Assembly: GCA_963810935.1 (NCBI GenBank)
Contig: CAWEPK010000012.1
Location: 384,001 to 448,000, forward strand
Length of the DNA: 64,000 nucleotides
From: an uncultured delta proteobacterium
GTDB taxonomy: Bacteria; Desulfobacterota; Syntrophorhabdia; Syntrophorhabdales; WCHB1-27
Reading direction: 5' to 3'
In this document: positions 1-9,869 of the stretch, one piece after another
Layout: every line of letters begins with the position of its first letter
Numbering within the stretch: position 1 is the first letter of the stretch
Made by a program: the position numbers and the translations under genes
The notes under the pieces: model-generated
Databases searched by the model: none
What the model was told of the DNA's origin: nothing
Seen by the model: the letters and a program-made list of their open reading frames with translations, nothing else

Positions 1-723
1 CGTGCCTTCGAGGCTCCCTAAGCCCCCGACGATGACGACAATGAAAGCGAGGAGGGCGACGTCGTTGCCCATGAGATAAGACACCTGCGTCACCGGGGCG
101 GCCAGCACGCCGCCAACGGCGGCAAGCACGCTGCCCAGCACAAACGTCGTTATGAGGATCTTATTCGTGTCGATGCCCATTGCCGCGGCCATGTCCCTGT
201 CCTGGATCGACGCCCTTATAAGGATGCCGTAGGGGGTCCGGTAGAGGAAGAGCCAGATGGCCGCGATAATCGCGATGGATATGGCGGCTATAAGCAGCCG
301 GTAGCCCGAATAATCGACGCCTAGGAAATGGAAGGAGACGGGGAAAGGATCGACCATCTTCTTGGGGATGCCGCCGTACCAGGCGAGCGAGAGCTGCTGG
401 AGGATGAAGGAGATGCCCACCGTGGCGATCATCGTCACCGAATGATAGCCTTCGTAGGGCCGCAGGATATAACGCTCTATCGGCCAGGCGATGAGGGCGA
501 TGATAAGCGGGACCACGATAAGCGCCAGCCAGAAATTGCCGAGCACCGGGAAAAGCGCGAACCCCAGGACCGCGCCCACCATGTAGAAGTCGCCGTGGGC
601 CATGTTGACTATGCCCATCACACCGAAGATGAGCGAAAGACCGAGCGATATGAGGGCTACGATAAGCCCCCATATCAACCCGTTCATCAGAAGAAAAAGT
701 ATATTGAGCAGCCAATCCGGCAT
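1..723 (-). CDS. livH: Branched-chain amino acid ABC transporter permease (LivH-like), runs off the left edge
   Basis: Manual translation from ATG at 723: MPDWLLNILFLLMNGLIWGLIVALISLGLSLIFGVMGIVNMAHGDFYMVGA (GLSLIFG..VNMAHG signature). This frame is not in the ORF track. Confidence 0.9.
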   Translation of the reverse strand, partial: MPDWLLNILFLLMNGLIWGLIVALISLGLSLIFGVMGIVNMAHGDFYMVGAVLGFALFPVLGNFWLALIVVPLIIALIAWPIERYILRPYEGYHSVTMIATVGISFILQQLSLAWYGGIPKKMVDPFPVSFHFLGVDYSGYRLLIAAISIAIIAAIWLFLYRTPYGILIRASIQDRDMAAAMGIDTNKILITTFVLGSVLAAVGGVLAAPVTQVSYLMGNDVALLAFIVVIVGGLGSLEGT

Positions 724-730
724 GGCTTTT

Positions 731-1969
731 TCAGAACTGCTCTTTCGTGAAATCTGCGAGCGGCGCGTATGCCCCTTCGCCCGACGGTATCCTGTCTACG
801 ACCTGCAGGTCGCCTTTCACTACACGCTCGATATAGAGGCTCACGATTGCGAGGTGGTCGGCCGCCCTGAAGTAGCCGTCGCCCTGCGGGAAATCGACGC
901 TCTCCTTCCAGTGCATCCCCTCGATGGCCTTAATCAGCTTGGGCGTGTCTTCCTTGCCCTGCCAGCCTGTTTTTTCTATGGCGTTCTTCAGGACGGACAT
1001 CGTCTCCCACATCGCCCAGTTGTAAGCGAGGACGAACCTGGTGCCCGTGCCGGTCTCTTTTCCGTCGTCACCCACGCCCAGCAACTGGCGGAAGGTCCTG
1101 TCCGCCTTCGTAGGAAGGCCGTTGAACTTCGTCGGGAAGGGGGTGATGCAGTACGTGCCTTCCGCGGGCGCGCCGATTGCCTTGATGTCCTGGGCGGAAA
1201 GCGCGTAGACAGCGCCCAGCTTCTTTATGTCGGGCCTGACCGCGTGGAGGTCCCTTATGAACGACAGGAAGTCGGACCCGAAGTTCGCGAAGAAAACGGC
1301 CTCGGCGTCCTTCGGTATCTTGCCTTTCAGGTACGGCAGCCAATCGCTGGTGCCGAGGGGCACGCGGATTGATTCGAGGACCGTGCCGCCGTTCTCTTTG
1401 ACGGCCTTGGCAAAGTCCTGCTCGTTCGACCAGCCCCACGCGTAGTTCGCGACGACCGTGACCCACTTCTTTCCGATCTTGCTCGTCGCGTACTTGGCCA
1501 CAGCCGTCACCTCCTCCCGGACGTTCGTGCTCGCCTGGAAGACATACCTGTTGCCCTTCTCCGCGGCTACTTCCGTCGCAGAAACGCATGGGAAGTAAGG
1601 CACCTTCAGCTCCTTCGCGATGGGGGCGCAGGCGATAGCGACGCCCGAGCTGTTCGAGTCAAGCACGAAATCGACGCCCGTCGTCTCGATCAGCTTCCTG
1701 AACTTGAGTGCCCCGACCGAGGGCTTGCTCTCCGTGTCTTCCACGTAAAGCTCGACCTGACGGCCCGCGATGCCGCCTTCCTTGTTGATCCGCGCTACGG
1801 CGGCCCGCACGGTCTTCTCGTGGGAATACCCGTATGCGGCAAGGCCGCCCGTTTTGTCCGCAACCATGCCTATCTTGATCGGTTTCTTCTTCGCCTGCCC
1901 GTAGGCGACCATATTCATACCGGCAAGAAGGGCTATTCCGATAACAACTACGGCAATCAGTTTTTTCAT
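731..1969 (-). CDS. ABC transporter substrate-binding protein, LivK/PBP1 type
   Basis: Signal peptide, PIKIG..TGGLA, INKEGGIAGRQVEL..ED motifs; directly upstream of livH. Confidence 0.9.
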   Translation of the reverse strand: MKKLIAVVVIGIALLAGMNMVAYGQAKKKPIKIGMVADKTGGLAAYGYSHEKTVRAAVARINKEGGIAGRQVELYVEDTESKPSVGALKFRKLIETTGVDFVLDSNSSGVAIACAPIAKELKVPYFPCVSATEVAAEKGNRYVFQASTNVREEVTAVAKYATSKIGKKWVTVVANYAWGWSNEQDFAKAVKENGGTVLESIRVPLGTSDWLPYLKGKIPKDAEAVFFANFGSDFLSFIRDLHAVRPDIKKLGAVYALSAQDIKAIGAPAEGTYCITPFPTKFNGLPTKADRTFRQLLGVGDDGKETGTGTRFVLAYNWAMWETMSVLKNAIEKTGWQGKEDTPKLIKAIEGMHWKESVDFPQGDGYFRAADHLAIVSLYIERVVKGDLQVVDRIPSGEGAYAPLADFTKEQF

Positions 1970-2154
1970 ACATGTCCTCCAGGCGGGTAGCTTGAGTATG
2001 CTATCTGAAATCCTTGATTAATGGTGTTTAATTAAATTAAATTTTATTTACTTTGTCAAGGCTTTTGTCGCAGATTTTCCTTTACTTTCAATGGAAAACA
2101 TCCTATTCATATTGTCGGAAAGACACCGAAATAAAAAGCCAGGAAAGGACCGCC

Positions 2155-3318
2155 ATGCCGAAGCCCGCTTATAGAATAGAGAAAATCCCGCCCTATCTTT
2201 TTGCCCGCATCGATAAGAAAAAAGCGGAGGCGCGCAGCAGGGGGATCGACCTGGTAGACCTGGGCGTGGGCGACCCCGACCTTCCGACGCCTTCTCACAT
2301 CGTCGAGGCAATGCAGAAGGCGCTGACGGACCCGAAAAACCACAGGTATCCCGACTATGAGGGCACACCCGCGCTAAGGCGGGCCGCAGCCGAATGGTTC
2401 TTTAAAAGATACGGCGTAAAGCTCGACCCGGACACGGAAGTGCTCATCCTCATCGGCTCGAAGGAAGGGATAGCGCACATCCCCTGGGCATACCTCGAAG
2501 AAGGAGACGTAGCACTCGTCCCCTCGCCCGGTTACCCCGTCTATAAAGTGATGACGCTACTTGCGGGAGGCACGCCCTACTTCATGCCGCTTCGGGAAGA
2601 GAACGAGTTCCGGCCCGTTTTCGACGACATCCCGGAAGACGTGAAAAAAAAGGCAAAGCTCTGCTTCCTTAACTATCCGAACAACCCGACGGGCGCGTAC
2701 GGAGACGACGCGCTCTACGAGAAGGCAATCGAGCTCGCCGCGAAATACGATATCCTCATCTGCCATGACGCGGCTTACAGCGAGCTGACTTACGACGGCT
2801 ACACGGCAAAGAGCATCCTGGAGTTCGACAGGGAAAAACGCTACTCCATCGAGTTCCTGTCCCTCTCCAAGACGTACTGCATGACAGGCTGGAGGGTAGC
2901 CTTTGCGGTGGGGAACGCGGAAGCCATACAGAACCTCGGCAAGCTCAAGACGAACATCGATTCCGGCGTTTTCCTGGCGATACAGGAGGCCGCGATAACG
3001 GCGCTGTCCGGCAGCCAGGACTGCGTGGCCGATGTAAAGAAGGTTTTCCAGAGGAGGCGCGACATCGCGGTGGACGGCCTTGCATCCCTGGGGATCAAGG
3101 TACGCAAGCCGCGCGCTACGTTCTACATTTGGGCCCATGTGCCGAAAGGCTATACGTCGGCCGAATTCGCCGAGATGCTGATCGAGAAGACCGGTGTAGT
3201 CGTCACCCCCGGAAGCGGCTTCGGCGACGAGGGCGAGGGATATTTCAGGGTCTCCATAACAGCACCCGTTGAGCGCATCAAAGAGGCCATCGAGCGCCTC
3301 CGCAAGCTGAGCCTGTAG
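2155..3318 (+). CDS. dapL: LL-diaminopimelate aminotransferase (class I/II PLP aminotransferase)
   Basis: RIEKIPPYLF, DLGVGDPD, LNYPNNPTG, DAAY, SLSKTYCMTGWRV; RBS AAGGA before ATG 2155. Confidence 0.85.
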   Translation: MPKPAYRIEKIPPYLFARIDKKKAEARSRGIDLVDLGVGDPDLPTPSHIVEAMQKALTDPKNHRYPDYEGTPALRRAAAEWFFKRYGVKLDPDTEVLILIGSKEGIAHIPWAYLEEGDVALVPSPGYPVYKVMTLLAGGTPYFMPLREENEFRPVFDDIPEDVKKKAKLCFLNYPNNPTGAYGDDALYEKAIELAAKYDILICHDAAYSELTYDGYTAKSILEFDREKRYSIEFLSLSKTYCMTGWRVAFAVGNAEAIQNLGKLKTNIDSGVFLAIQEAAITALSGSQDCVADVKKVFQRRRDIAVDGLASLGIKVRKPRATFYIWAHVPKGYTSAEFAEMLIEKTGVVVTPGSGFGDEGEGYFRVSITAPVERIKEAIERLRKLSL

Positions 3319-3347
3319 GGGCCGGGGACACCCTGACGGGTAAAGAC

Positions 3348-3935
3348 GTGATCGCTCCATCCGATATCATAGGCAGGAAGATCGTCATTGCCGGAGACGT
3401 GAATACCGGCAAGACCACCCTCACAAAAAAACTTCTCGACGTCCTCTGCACAGGCGGGCTGGCCGGACGCATAGCAGTCATCGACATGGCGCCCGACATC
3501 CCCGCAGACGTGGCGGCAGCACGCGGCCTGAAAGGCGTCGGCGGCAAGCTCGCCCCCGTCCAGGAAGGCGTCTCCTACCTCATTGCACACATCCGCGCCC
3601 CAAGGCTCACTTCCAAAACAGAAGAAGAGGCGCTGATCGTCGCAGAAGAGAACAGGGCGAAGGTCGAGGCGCTGTTCGAGGCGTACCGGGCCGGCGGGCG
3701 GGATATTCTTTTTATGAACGATGCGAGCATCTACTTGCAGGCGGGTAAGGCGGACGACCTGCTGCGCCTTATGGCGCCCGCGTCCACTGTAGTGGCGAAC
3801 GCCTATTACGGCAGGGCATTGGGCGCAGGCAGCCTGTCGGCGCATGAGGCGGAAGAGACGGGCAGGCTTATGGCTGCCTTCGCAACCTGCGTATATGCAC
3901 CCGTAGCCTCTATCGAAGAAGCCCTGAAAGGATAG
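3348..3935 (+). CDS. Small P-loop NTPase-like hypothetical protein
   Basis: IVIAGDVNTGKTT Walker A; host-like codon usage. Confidence 0.7.
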   Translation: MIAPSDIIGRKIVIAGDVNTGKTTLTKKLLDVLCTGGLAGRIAVIDMAPDIPADVAAARGLKGVGGKLAPVQEGVSYLIAHIRAPRLTSKTEEEALIVAEENRAKVEALFEAYRAGGRDILFMNDASIYLQAGKADDLLRLMAPASTVVANAYYGRALGAGSLSAHEAEETGRLMAAFATCVYAPVASIEEALKG

Positions 3936-3957
3936 CGGCCGCGCAGTTCCGGTTTAC

Positions 3958-4140
3958 TTACTCCGCGCTGTCTTCCCTGAAAAAATTGGTGAGGAATTCG
4001 CCGTCTTTGGGGGAAAGGTCGAACTTGAAGACGGCTTCTTCAACGAGGCGGTAAAGGGGCCGGTCGGTCTCCTGGCGGGCGGCCGATATCCACCTGATTG
4101 CCCTTCTGAGGTCCTCCCCTTCCGGTAATGGATAAGCCAT
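3958..4140 (-). CDS. Small hypothetical protein (60 aa)
   Basis: MAYPLPEGEDLRRAIRWIS...FKFDLSPKDGEFL, 3' part of the 3958..4875 track ORF. Confidence 0.7.
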   Translation of the reverse strand: MAYPLPEGEDLRRAIRWISAARQETDRPLYRLVEEAVFKFDLSPKDGEFLTNFFREDSAE

Positions 4141-4190
4141 AACCAAATTATACGTCCAAACCAGCCGCTCGCGCAAGGGTCTCGTTTGAT

Positions 4191-4228
4191 AAAAAAAGCC
4201 CCCGGCGGACGCCATATTCGCCGGGGGC
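4191..4228 (-). terminator. Rho-independent terminator after DUF39 gene
   Basis: GCCCCCGGCG/CGCCGGGGGC stem followed by T7 on the minus strand. Confidence 0.8.
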
Positions 4229-4247
4229 CGCATAGTTGCCGTAAAAG

Positions 4248-5462
4248 CTACCGCGCCTGCCGCTTCGGTTTGCGCTCCTCCAGGAAGTGGCCCTTCTTCT
4301 GGGTCTCCGGACCGGGCAGAAGCTCCACTGCGCTTGTCAGGAAAAACCTGCCCGCCTTTATCCATTCCTTCAGTAGGTCGGCTATCTCCTTTGCCTTCGG
4401 ATAGCTCGACATCGGGAAGGTGCGGACCTCTTTCCCGTCCACCTTTATCGTGCCGCTTTTCAGCTCCGCGTAGCTCGCCTCGCCGAGGCTTCTCGCTATC
4501 CTCTCCGGGTAATCGCCCCCGTAATCGACGATCTGCGTGTAAAGGTCCTTGTCCCGCCTCGACGTGAAATAGGCCATCTCCTCGTCGATAATCGGGATGG
4601 GTACGCCCAGGCCGACCATTAGCGTCGCCCCGTAGCCCATGAAGCTCGCTCCTGCAAGGAACCGGGGGCTCATCTGCTTGGCGTCGCCCGTAACTGCGAG
4701 CGTACCCGCAGGCGCCCTCACCAAACCGTCGGGGCTGCGCAGTCCGCCTGGGTTGTGCTGCGTGCCGTGGCCTGCCACGTAGCCAACGCCGCCGCCTAAG
4801 AAGATGCGCGTCCCCATGCCGATGGTGCGGTATTTCGGGTCTTTCAAAAGCGGGGAAAGCTGCCCCGCGCTGCAATAATTCGCGTTCCCCATGTTCGGCT
4901 TCAGCATGCCCATGTAAGTGTAAATGACCTTCTGGGTGAGGTTCACCGCAATGTTGTAGTTCTGGTACGAGTTGCGCGGGTTGAAGATCTGCGCCTCGTT
5001 CACCGTCTCCTTGTTTATGTAGGTCTCGATCCTCTTTCTGGGGTAGCAGTCCGTCCCGTAGGCGGTCGCGGACAGCTTGATATCCTTACCCGCGACGAAG
5101 TCCTCGATAACGTGGCCGCCGCCGTAGTTGAAGCTCCCCGGATAGACCTGGTTCCGCGGGTCGTCGTCCGCCATCGCGGTCGCGCCGATGTAGACATCGA
5201 CTGCGGCAAGGCCGGTGTAACAGGGGATATTGTTCAGCGTGCACGTGCCGCCGCCGATCTTTATCCTCGGCTTCGAGTGGCCGAGGTTGAGGAACATGCC
5301 GCTAGAGCACATCGGGCCGAAGGTCCCGGTGGTGACTACATCCACCTCTGCAGCCGCCGCCTTTGCGCCCTTCCTGTCTACAATATCGGCCATCTCCTCG
5401 GCGTTGACGACTACGACGTCGCCGCGCTTTATTTTCTCGTTTATCTCTTCAATTGTCTTCAA
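4248..5462 (-). CDS. L-aspartate semialdehyde sulfurtransferase (DUF39/MA1821-type homocysteine biosynthesis protein)
   Basis: KTIEEINEKIK, VDVVTTGTFGPMCSSG, YGGGHVIED, AYGTDCYPR, NPRNSYQNY. Confidence 0.9.
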   Translation of the reverse strand: MKTIEEINEKIKRGDVVVVNAEEMADIVDRKGAKAAAAEVDVVTTGTFGPMCSSGMFLNLGHSKPRIKIGGGTCTLNNIPCYTGLAAVDVYIGATAMADDDPRNQVYPGSFNYGGGHVIEDFVAGKDIKLSATAYGTDCYPRKRIETYINKETVNEAQIFNPRNSYQNYNIAVNLTQKVIYTYMGMLKPNMGNANYCSAGQLSPLLKDPKYRTIGMGTRIFLGGGVGYVAGHGTQHNPGGLRSPDGLVRAPAGTLAVTGDAKQMSPRFLAGASFMGYGATLMVGLGVPIPIIDEEMAYFTSRRDKDLYTQIVDYGGDYPERIARSLGEASYAELKSGTIKVDGKEVRTFPMSSYPKAKEIADLLKEWIKAGRFFLTSAVELLPGPETQKKGHFLEERKPKRQAR

Positions 5463-5616
5463 TTGTTTCCCCCTTGAAATAGATTACGGCAGTAACGGGT
5501 CTTAGATCGCCCCTCTATCGGGGCCGCCCATTATCCATAATTTATCCAAGCTCATGAGAACCATCCAGGAGGATTTGATGATGCTGCCCTATGATAAGCC
5601 AACAGGCGTGCCGCTG

Positions 5617-5766
5617 TCAAGCGGCGCGAATTGGTTTGAATACTTCATAGATTGTGACTGCCGGAACGACAAGATCGGACGTCTTCTAAAGGGGACGGGC
5701 AAAGAAAGAGGCGTTGGGACCTTCGGCGAAATACTCAAGCCAGCCGGAAGAATCGACAATGTTCAT
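5617..5766 (-). pseudogene. vapC: Truncated VapC/PIN toxin remnant
   Basis: MNIVDSSGWLEYFAEGPNASFFARPL*KTSDLVVPAVTIYEVFK, in-frame TAG at 5686-5688; similarity lost after EVFK. Confidence 0.75.
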
Positions 5767-5969
5767 CATCTATCGGGTTCTCTCACGACGGTCGTATCGA
5801 TCCCTTTGAGAAAGCCTTTCATCTCCAAGATGGCCCTTAGGGGGATCATCTCGATTCTGTTACCGTAGACAACCATCTGGACCTTCTGGCCTGGCGACAG
5901 CTTTAGGATGTCCCGAAGCTTCTTGGGAATAACAACCTGAAATTTAGGGGAAATCTTAACTGCTTCCAT
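5766..5969 (-). CDS. AbrB/MazE-type antitoxin
   Basis: MEAVKISPKFQVVIPKKLR..L..GQKV; stop overlaps the vapC start. Confidence 0.85.
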   Translation of the reverse strand: MEAVKISPKFQVVIPKKLRDILKLSPGQKVQMVVYGNRIEMIPLRAILEMKGFLKGIDTTVVREPDR

Positions 5970-6055
5970 ACGCAATCTCCATCGATCGACGTTTCGTAAT
6001 ATTATAGCCAATAATGTACGGCAAAACAAACCACGTGCGGCCGGGCGAGATAGGT

Positions 6056-6179
6056 GGCCGGGTCAATTTCGGACCATATGCCTGTCTCTCCGGGCCGCAT
6101 GTCCTCACGTACCCAACTACATACGCTCCGGCCGGCGGCCCTTCGATCAGGGACCAATCCATCGAAATTTCCTCCGGCC
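6056..6179 (+). repeat. Palindromic interspersed repeat, copy A
   Basis: GGCCGG...CCGGCC ends; central CTCACGTAC-n-TACGCTCCGG; close to copy C. Confidence 0.8.
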
Positions 6180-6214
6180 GGGAAAAATCGGTCGGCATCA
6201 AGAACCAGTTGGTC

Positions 6215-7032
6215 CTACGTTACAGCATTCACCAGCTTAACTGGGCCAGAGGGAAGAGATATATCCGGTATCTTGGGCAGTGACAGATCGCTATCTAAGA
6301 ACCTGGCACGACTAACTGTTCCCAGTCCAACCGCCCAGAGCCAATAATCAATACCGAACTGTGTCGGCGCGACGCAGAAGCCATACTCTGATACTTCACA
6401 CCAGCCCATCTGTTTGTTCAGAGTATTGACATGCGCCGGTTGTCCCCAATGTGCATTATCGATCAGATCGTGTCTCACAAGACCCGTGGTACATTGCATA
6501 ATAATATCGGAAACTGGTTCGTCGTCTGTAAAATCCATAGCAACAGTCAGGAATGACCCTGGCAGAAAGACCCACATCTTCTGTAGATCTTCTCCGAACG
6601 TAGGCCGTAGTCCTGAACCAGTAAACATTGTCCTCCATGTGGTGTACGAGATGTAGTGGAATCTTATCTGATAAGTGGAGAGCTCCGAAGTCAACTTCAA
6701 GTATGAAGCTGCCCGATCATCTCTGCTGATGCTACTGCGGGACGATGCGAGTACCCCACCAAAATATTCAGCGGTTAGTTCATCGTCACAATAGGACCCT
6801 CATCCAGAATCTCTTTCAATACCCGCGGTGGAACGGCCCCAGGCTCGTCTATTCTGCTTCCAAGTTTTTCGGCGGCCTTCTCAAAAATTCGGCTGGCGTT
6901 AGTGACTCTTTTCTCAGCCCAATTCTTAAGCCCAGTACCCACGTAGTCAGCCGTGGGACCGAGCAATTTTTCTACGAGCTTTGCTCCACCCACAGCAGAG
7001 CCAAGAATAGTTAATCCTGTAGCTGGGTCCAT
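6215..7032 (-). pseudogene. DUF4393/Abi-alpha-like hypothetical protein with one frameshift near 6797
   Basis: MDPATGLTILGS...VPPRVLKEILDEG continues in another frame as SYCDDELTAEYFGGVLASSRSSISRDDR into the 6215..6700 ORF; AT-richer. Confidence 0.65.
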
Positions 7033-7172
7033 GACGTCTCCTTTCTCGCGCACAAACATCTTTATTGAATTGTTGCGCCTTTCCGATTTTAAGATCAGGC
7101 AACATGCTTCGTCAAGAAATAATTGGGTACAAAGGGAGTCTCAGAGATAACGATAGTGGGGCTTAGGCATAG

Positions 7173-7299
7173 GGGGCCGGGAGGTTTTCGCGGATTTCGT
7201 GTTGTTTTTCGACGGCGCGCGGCGGAGCGTACGTGGTTGGGTACGTGAGCACGCCGCGCCTAAAAAACGGCGCGTAAGCCGCGAAAAGATCCCGGCCTC
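7173..7299 (-). repeat. Palindromic interspersed repeat, copy B
   Basis: Reverse complement GGCCGGGATCTTTTCGCGGC...CTCACGTAC..GTACGCTCC...GAAAACCTCCCGGCCCC; aligns with copy E. Confidence 0.85.
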
Positions 7300-7304
7300 C
7301 TCCC

Positions 7305-8681
7305 CTACCCTCTTCCGCCTACTATTATTTCCGGCATTCTGATGGTCGGCTGGGCGTCGGCTACGGGCACGCCCTGGCCGTCTTTGCCGCATGTCCCTAT
7401 CCCGAACCCCAGGTCGTTCCCCACCATGTCGATCTCTTTCAGCACTTTGGGGCCGTTGCCCATCATCGTGGCGTTGCGCACCATAGGCCCTACCTCGCCG
7501 TTCTCGATCAGGTACCCTTCCTGTATCTCGAAGACGAAATCGCCCCGGACCGTATCGACCTGCCCGCCCCCCATCTTCTTGACTAGCAGCCCCTTGTCAA
7601 CCGACTTGATGATGGCGGCCGGGTCGGTCTCGCCCGGCAGGATAAGCGTGTTGCTCATGCGGGGGATGGGCTTGTACCGGTAGGATTCCCGCCTGCCGTT
7701 CGCGGTCGACGCCGTCTCGTACTTCATGGCGTGGAACTTGTCGAACAGGTAATTCTTCAGGATGCCTTTTTCGACGAGCACGGTCCTCTGCGACTGCGTC
7801 CCCTCGTCGTCGTAGGCATATGTGCCGCGCCTGAAAGGCAGGGTCTTGTCGTCCACCACGCCGACGAGCGGCCCGGCTATCGCCTCGCCCAGCATCCCCT
7901 TGTAGCAGGAGAGGCCCTCCATTGCGAGGTCCGCCTCCAGCCCGTGGCCTATCGCCTCATGTATCATGGTGCCGCCGGCCTCCGACGCAAGGACGACGGT
8001 CCGCGTCCCCATGGGCGCCTCCTGCGCGTCGAGAAGCCCGGAAAGGCGCTCCACCGTACTTTTTACGAACGCCTCCACGCGCTCGTCGGAGAAAAGCTCG
8101 AAGCCGCAGAAGCCCCCGATTGCCTCGTAGGCGGTCTGCATCTCGCCGGACTCCTCGCCGACAATGAGGAGCGTCAGCACGATCTGCGTCCTGTCGTCAT
8201 CGACGCGCATCCCGTCGCTCCCGGCGATCCTGACGCGCTGCCTCGCGTCGCGGTACATCACCTTTACCTGCCTGATCCTTTTCTCCATCTTGCGCGCTGC
8301 CGCCTCTGCCGAGCGGACGAGGTCGATTTTCAGGCGCATATCGACATCATTCGGCGGCGCCGTTATCACGAACGGGTAGCGGGGGCCTTTGCGCTCGGAG
8401 GCGGCAAGACCGCCCGACGACCCTCGCGCGCCCTTCGCAAGCTCATGGCTAAGCTGGAGCAGGTGGCCCTCTTCGCGCGAGTTGGTGGATGCAAAAAAGG
8501 TCTGCCAGGGGACGATGACGCGCAGGCCGACGCCGGAATCGACGCCTTTTTCGAGCTTCTCTATCTTTTCCGACTCGACCTGAATGAGCGTCGATGCGGT
8601 CTCTTCCTCGAACGTCTCCCCGTAGAGCGCGCCGCCGGCCGTCAACGCCGCAAGCACCTTCGTCTCGTCGAACATCTTCAC
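7305..8681 (-). CDS. tldD: TldD/PmbA family metalloprotease
   Basis: HEAIGHGLEAD, DDEG, PRMSNT, GTCGKDGQGVPV. Confidence 0.92.
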   Translation of the reverse strand: MKMFDETKVLAALTAGGALYGETFEEETASTLIQVESEKIEKLEKGVDSGVGLRVIVPWQTFFASTNSREEGHLLQLSHELAKGARGSSGGLAASERKGPRYPFVITAPPNDVDMRLKIDLVRSAEAAARKMEKRIRQVKVMYRDARQRVRIAGSDGMRVDDDRTQIVLTLLIVGEESGEMQTAYEAIGGFCGFELFSDERVEAFVKSTVERLSGLLDAQEAPMGTRTVVLASEAGGTMIHEAIGHGLEADLAMEGLSCYKGMLGEAIAGPLVGVVDDKTLPFRRGTYAYDDEGTQSQRTVLVEKGILKNYLFDKFHAMKYETASTANGRRESYRYKPIPRMSNTLILPGETDPAAIIKSVDKGLLVKKMGGGQVDTVRGDFVFEIQEGYLIENGEVGPMVRNATMMGNGPKVLKEIDMVGNDLGFGIGTCGKDGQGVPVADAQPTIRMPEIIVGGRG

Positions 8682-8887
8682 GCCTCCCTGAATATGACGC
8701 CGTTTTTCTCCATATCGGCTATGATGGAAGAAACCGTCTCATGCGCCGCCTCCGGGTAGATAAGCTCGATAACGCCGGTCTTCCCGTCGAGCACCGAAAG
8801 GAGCGACACCTCTTCATACGAGTCGAGGACGGCCTTGAAAAAACCGATCTCTTCCCTGTTCATTATAAGCCTTCTAATCCTCTCCAT
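8678..8887 (-). CDS. DUF4911-like small protein
   Basis: REEIGFFKAVLDSYEE..LSVLD..G.IEL; overlaps both neighbouring genes. Confidence 0.7.
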   Translation of the reverse strand: MERIRRLIMNREEIGFFKAVLDSYEEVSLLSVLDGKTGVIELIYPEAAHETVSSIIADMEKNGVIFREA

Positions 8888-9869
8888 CCACCTGCCCTTT
8901 GAGCATCTCGGAGAACGCATCCAGGCGCGTCTTGGTCCTTGTGTCGATGGGCTGCGGGGCGTCCCCCTCTATGGTGAGGACGGGCACGCCGAGGGCGTCC
9001 CTCAGTATGATGTCCTCGACCATGCGGTAGCAGAACGCCTGTACGTAATGGACCACGCCCGCCAGCCTGCGCCGGGCGATCTCTTCCTTTATGTCCGCGA
9101 TGCGGGCGAAAATGCCGTAAGGATAGGTGTATCGGAGGTAGCGGTCCGTGATGTCGCCTTCGAAATAAGGCAGGGCGAACTGGCGTTGCACCTCGTTATA
9201 GGCGATGCGGCAGCCGCGCGACTCCAGATATGCGTGCAGGTCCGGGTTTATGGGCGGCACGCCGATGTACCCGACGGGGATGCCGCCGTAAGGGCGCCTT
9301 TTCCTTGCTTCCGCGATGAAGGCGCGCGCCCTTGCCCCGTATGCCTCGTAGTCGCCCTCCATGTCGGACGCGCAAAGCTGCCACAGGTGGTTCTCGAAGC
9401 CTGTGACGAGCCTGTCCTCCCAGGTCATGCGGTCGATCTCCGCAAGGTCTTTCCGCACTTCCGTAAGGCGCCCGCCCGCCTCCGCGACGGCTCTTTCATC
9501 AACGGCGAAGGCGTCGGCGAGCCTGCCTATCTCAGCCGAAAGGCTTTCCCTGCGCCTGTCATACGGGAACGAGAACGGGACGATCCGGACCCCCTTGTAT
9601 GCAAGCACCTCGGCGAGCGCCCTCGTATTGCTGCAATCGCCTTCGAGGACGGTGATTACCGTGTCGATCTTCGACTCGACCACCACCCCGTAGATGCCCT
9701 TTATCCAACTGCACATGTTCCTCGGGAAGCCCTCCCTTTCAGCGAGGGCCACGTAATGCTGCGGGTCCGGGTGGGTGACGAAGACGTTGTTAAGGTCGCA
9801 CGGCCGCAAGCCGGATGCGAATATCACCTCTACGGGGATGGTCGTGGTAAATCCGACGACGCCGCTCAA
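8874..9869 (-). CDS. 2-hydroxyacyl-CoA dehydratase family (HgdB/FldB-like) Fe-S protein
   Basis: VGFTTTIPVE, CSWIKG, GDCSNT, VQAFCYR, TIEGD..TRLDAF. Confidence 0.8.
   Translation of the reverse strand: MSGVVGFTTTIPVEVIFASGLRPCDLNNVFVTHPDPQHYVALAEREGFPRNMCSWIKGIYGVVVESKIDTVITVLEGDCSNTRALAEVLAYKGVRIVPFSFPYDRRRESLSAEIGRLADAFAVDERAVAEAGGRLTEVRKDLAEIDRMTWEDRLVTGFENHLWQLCASDMEGDYEAYGARARAFIAEARKRRPYGGIPVGYIGVPPINPDLHAYLESRGCRIAYNEVQRQFALPYFEGDITDRYLRYTYPYGIFARIADIKEEIARRRLAGVVHYVQAFCYRMVEDIILRDALGVPVLTIEGDAPQPIDTRTKTRLDAFSEMLKGQVDGED

Noticed and set aside
161..715. Track ORF 161..715 and other long overlapping ORFs (e.g. 48950..50524, 60095..61465, 7731..8759)
   Set aside because: Alternative-frame or antisense shadows of recognised genes, expected in GC-rich DNA
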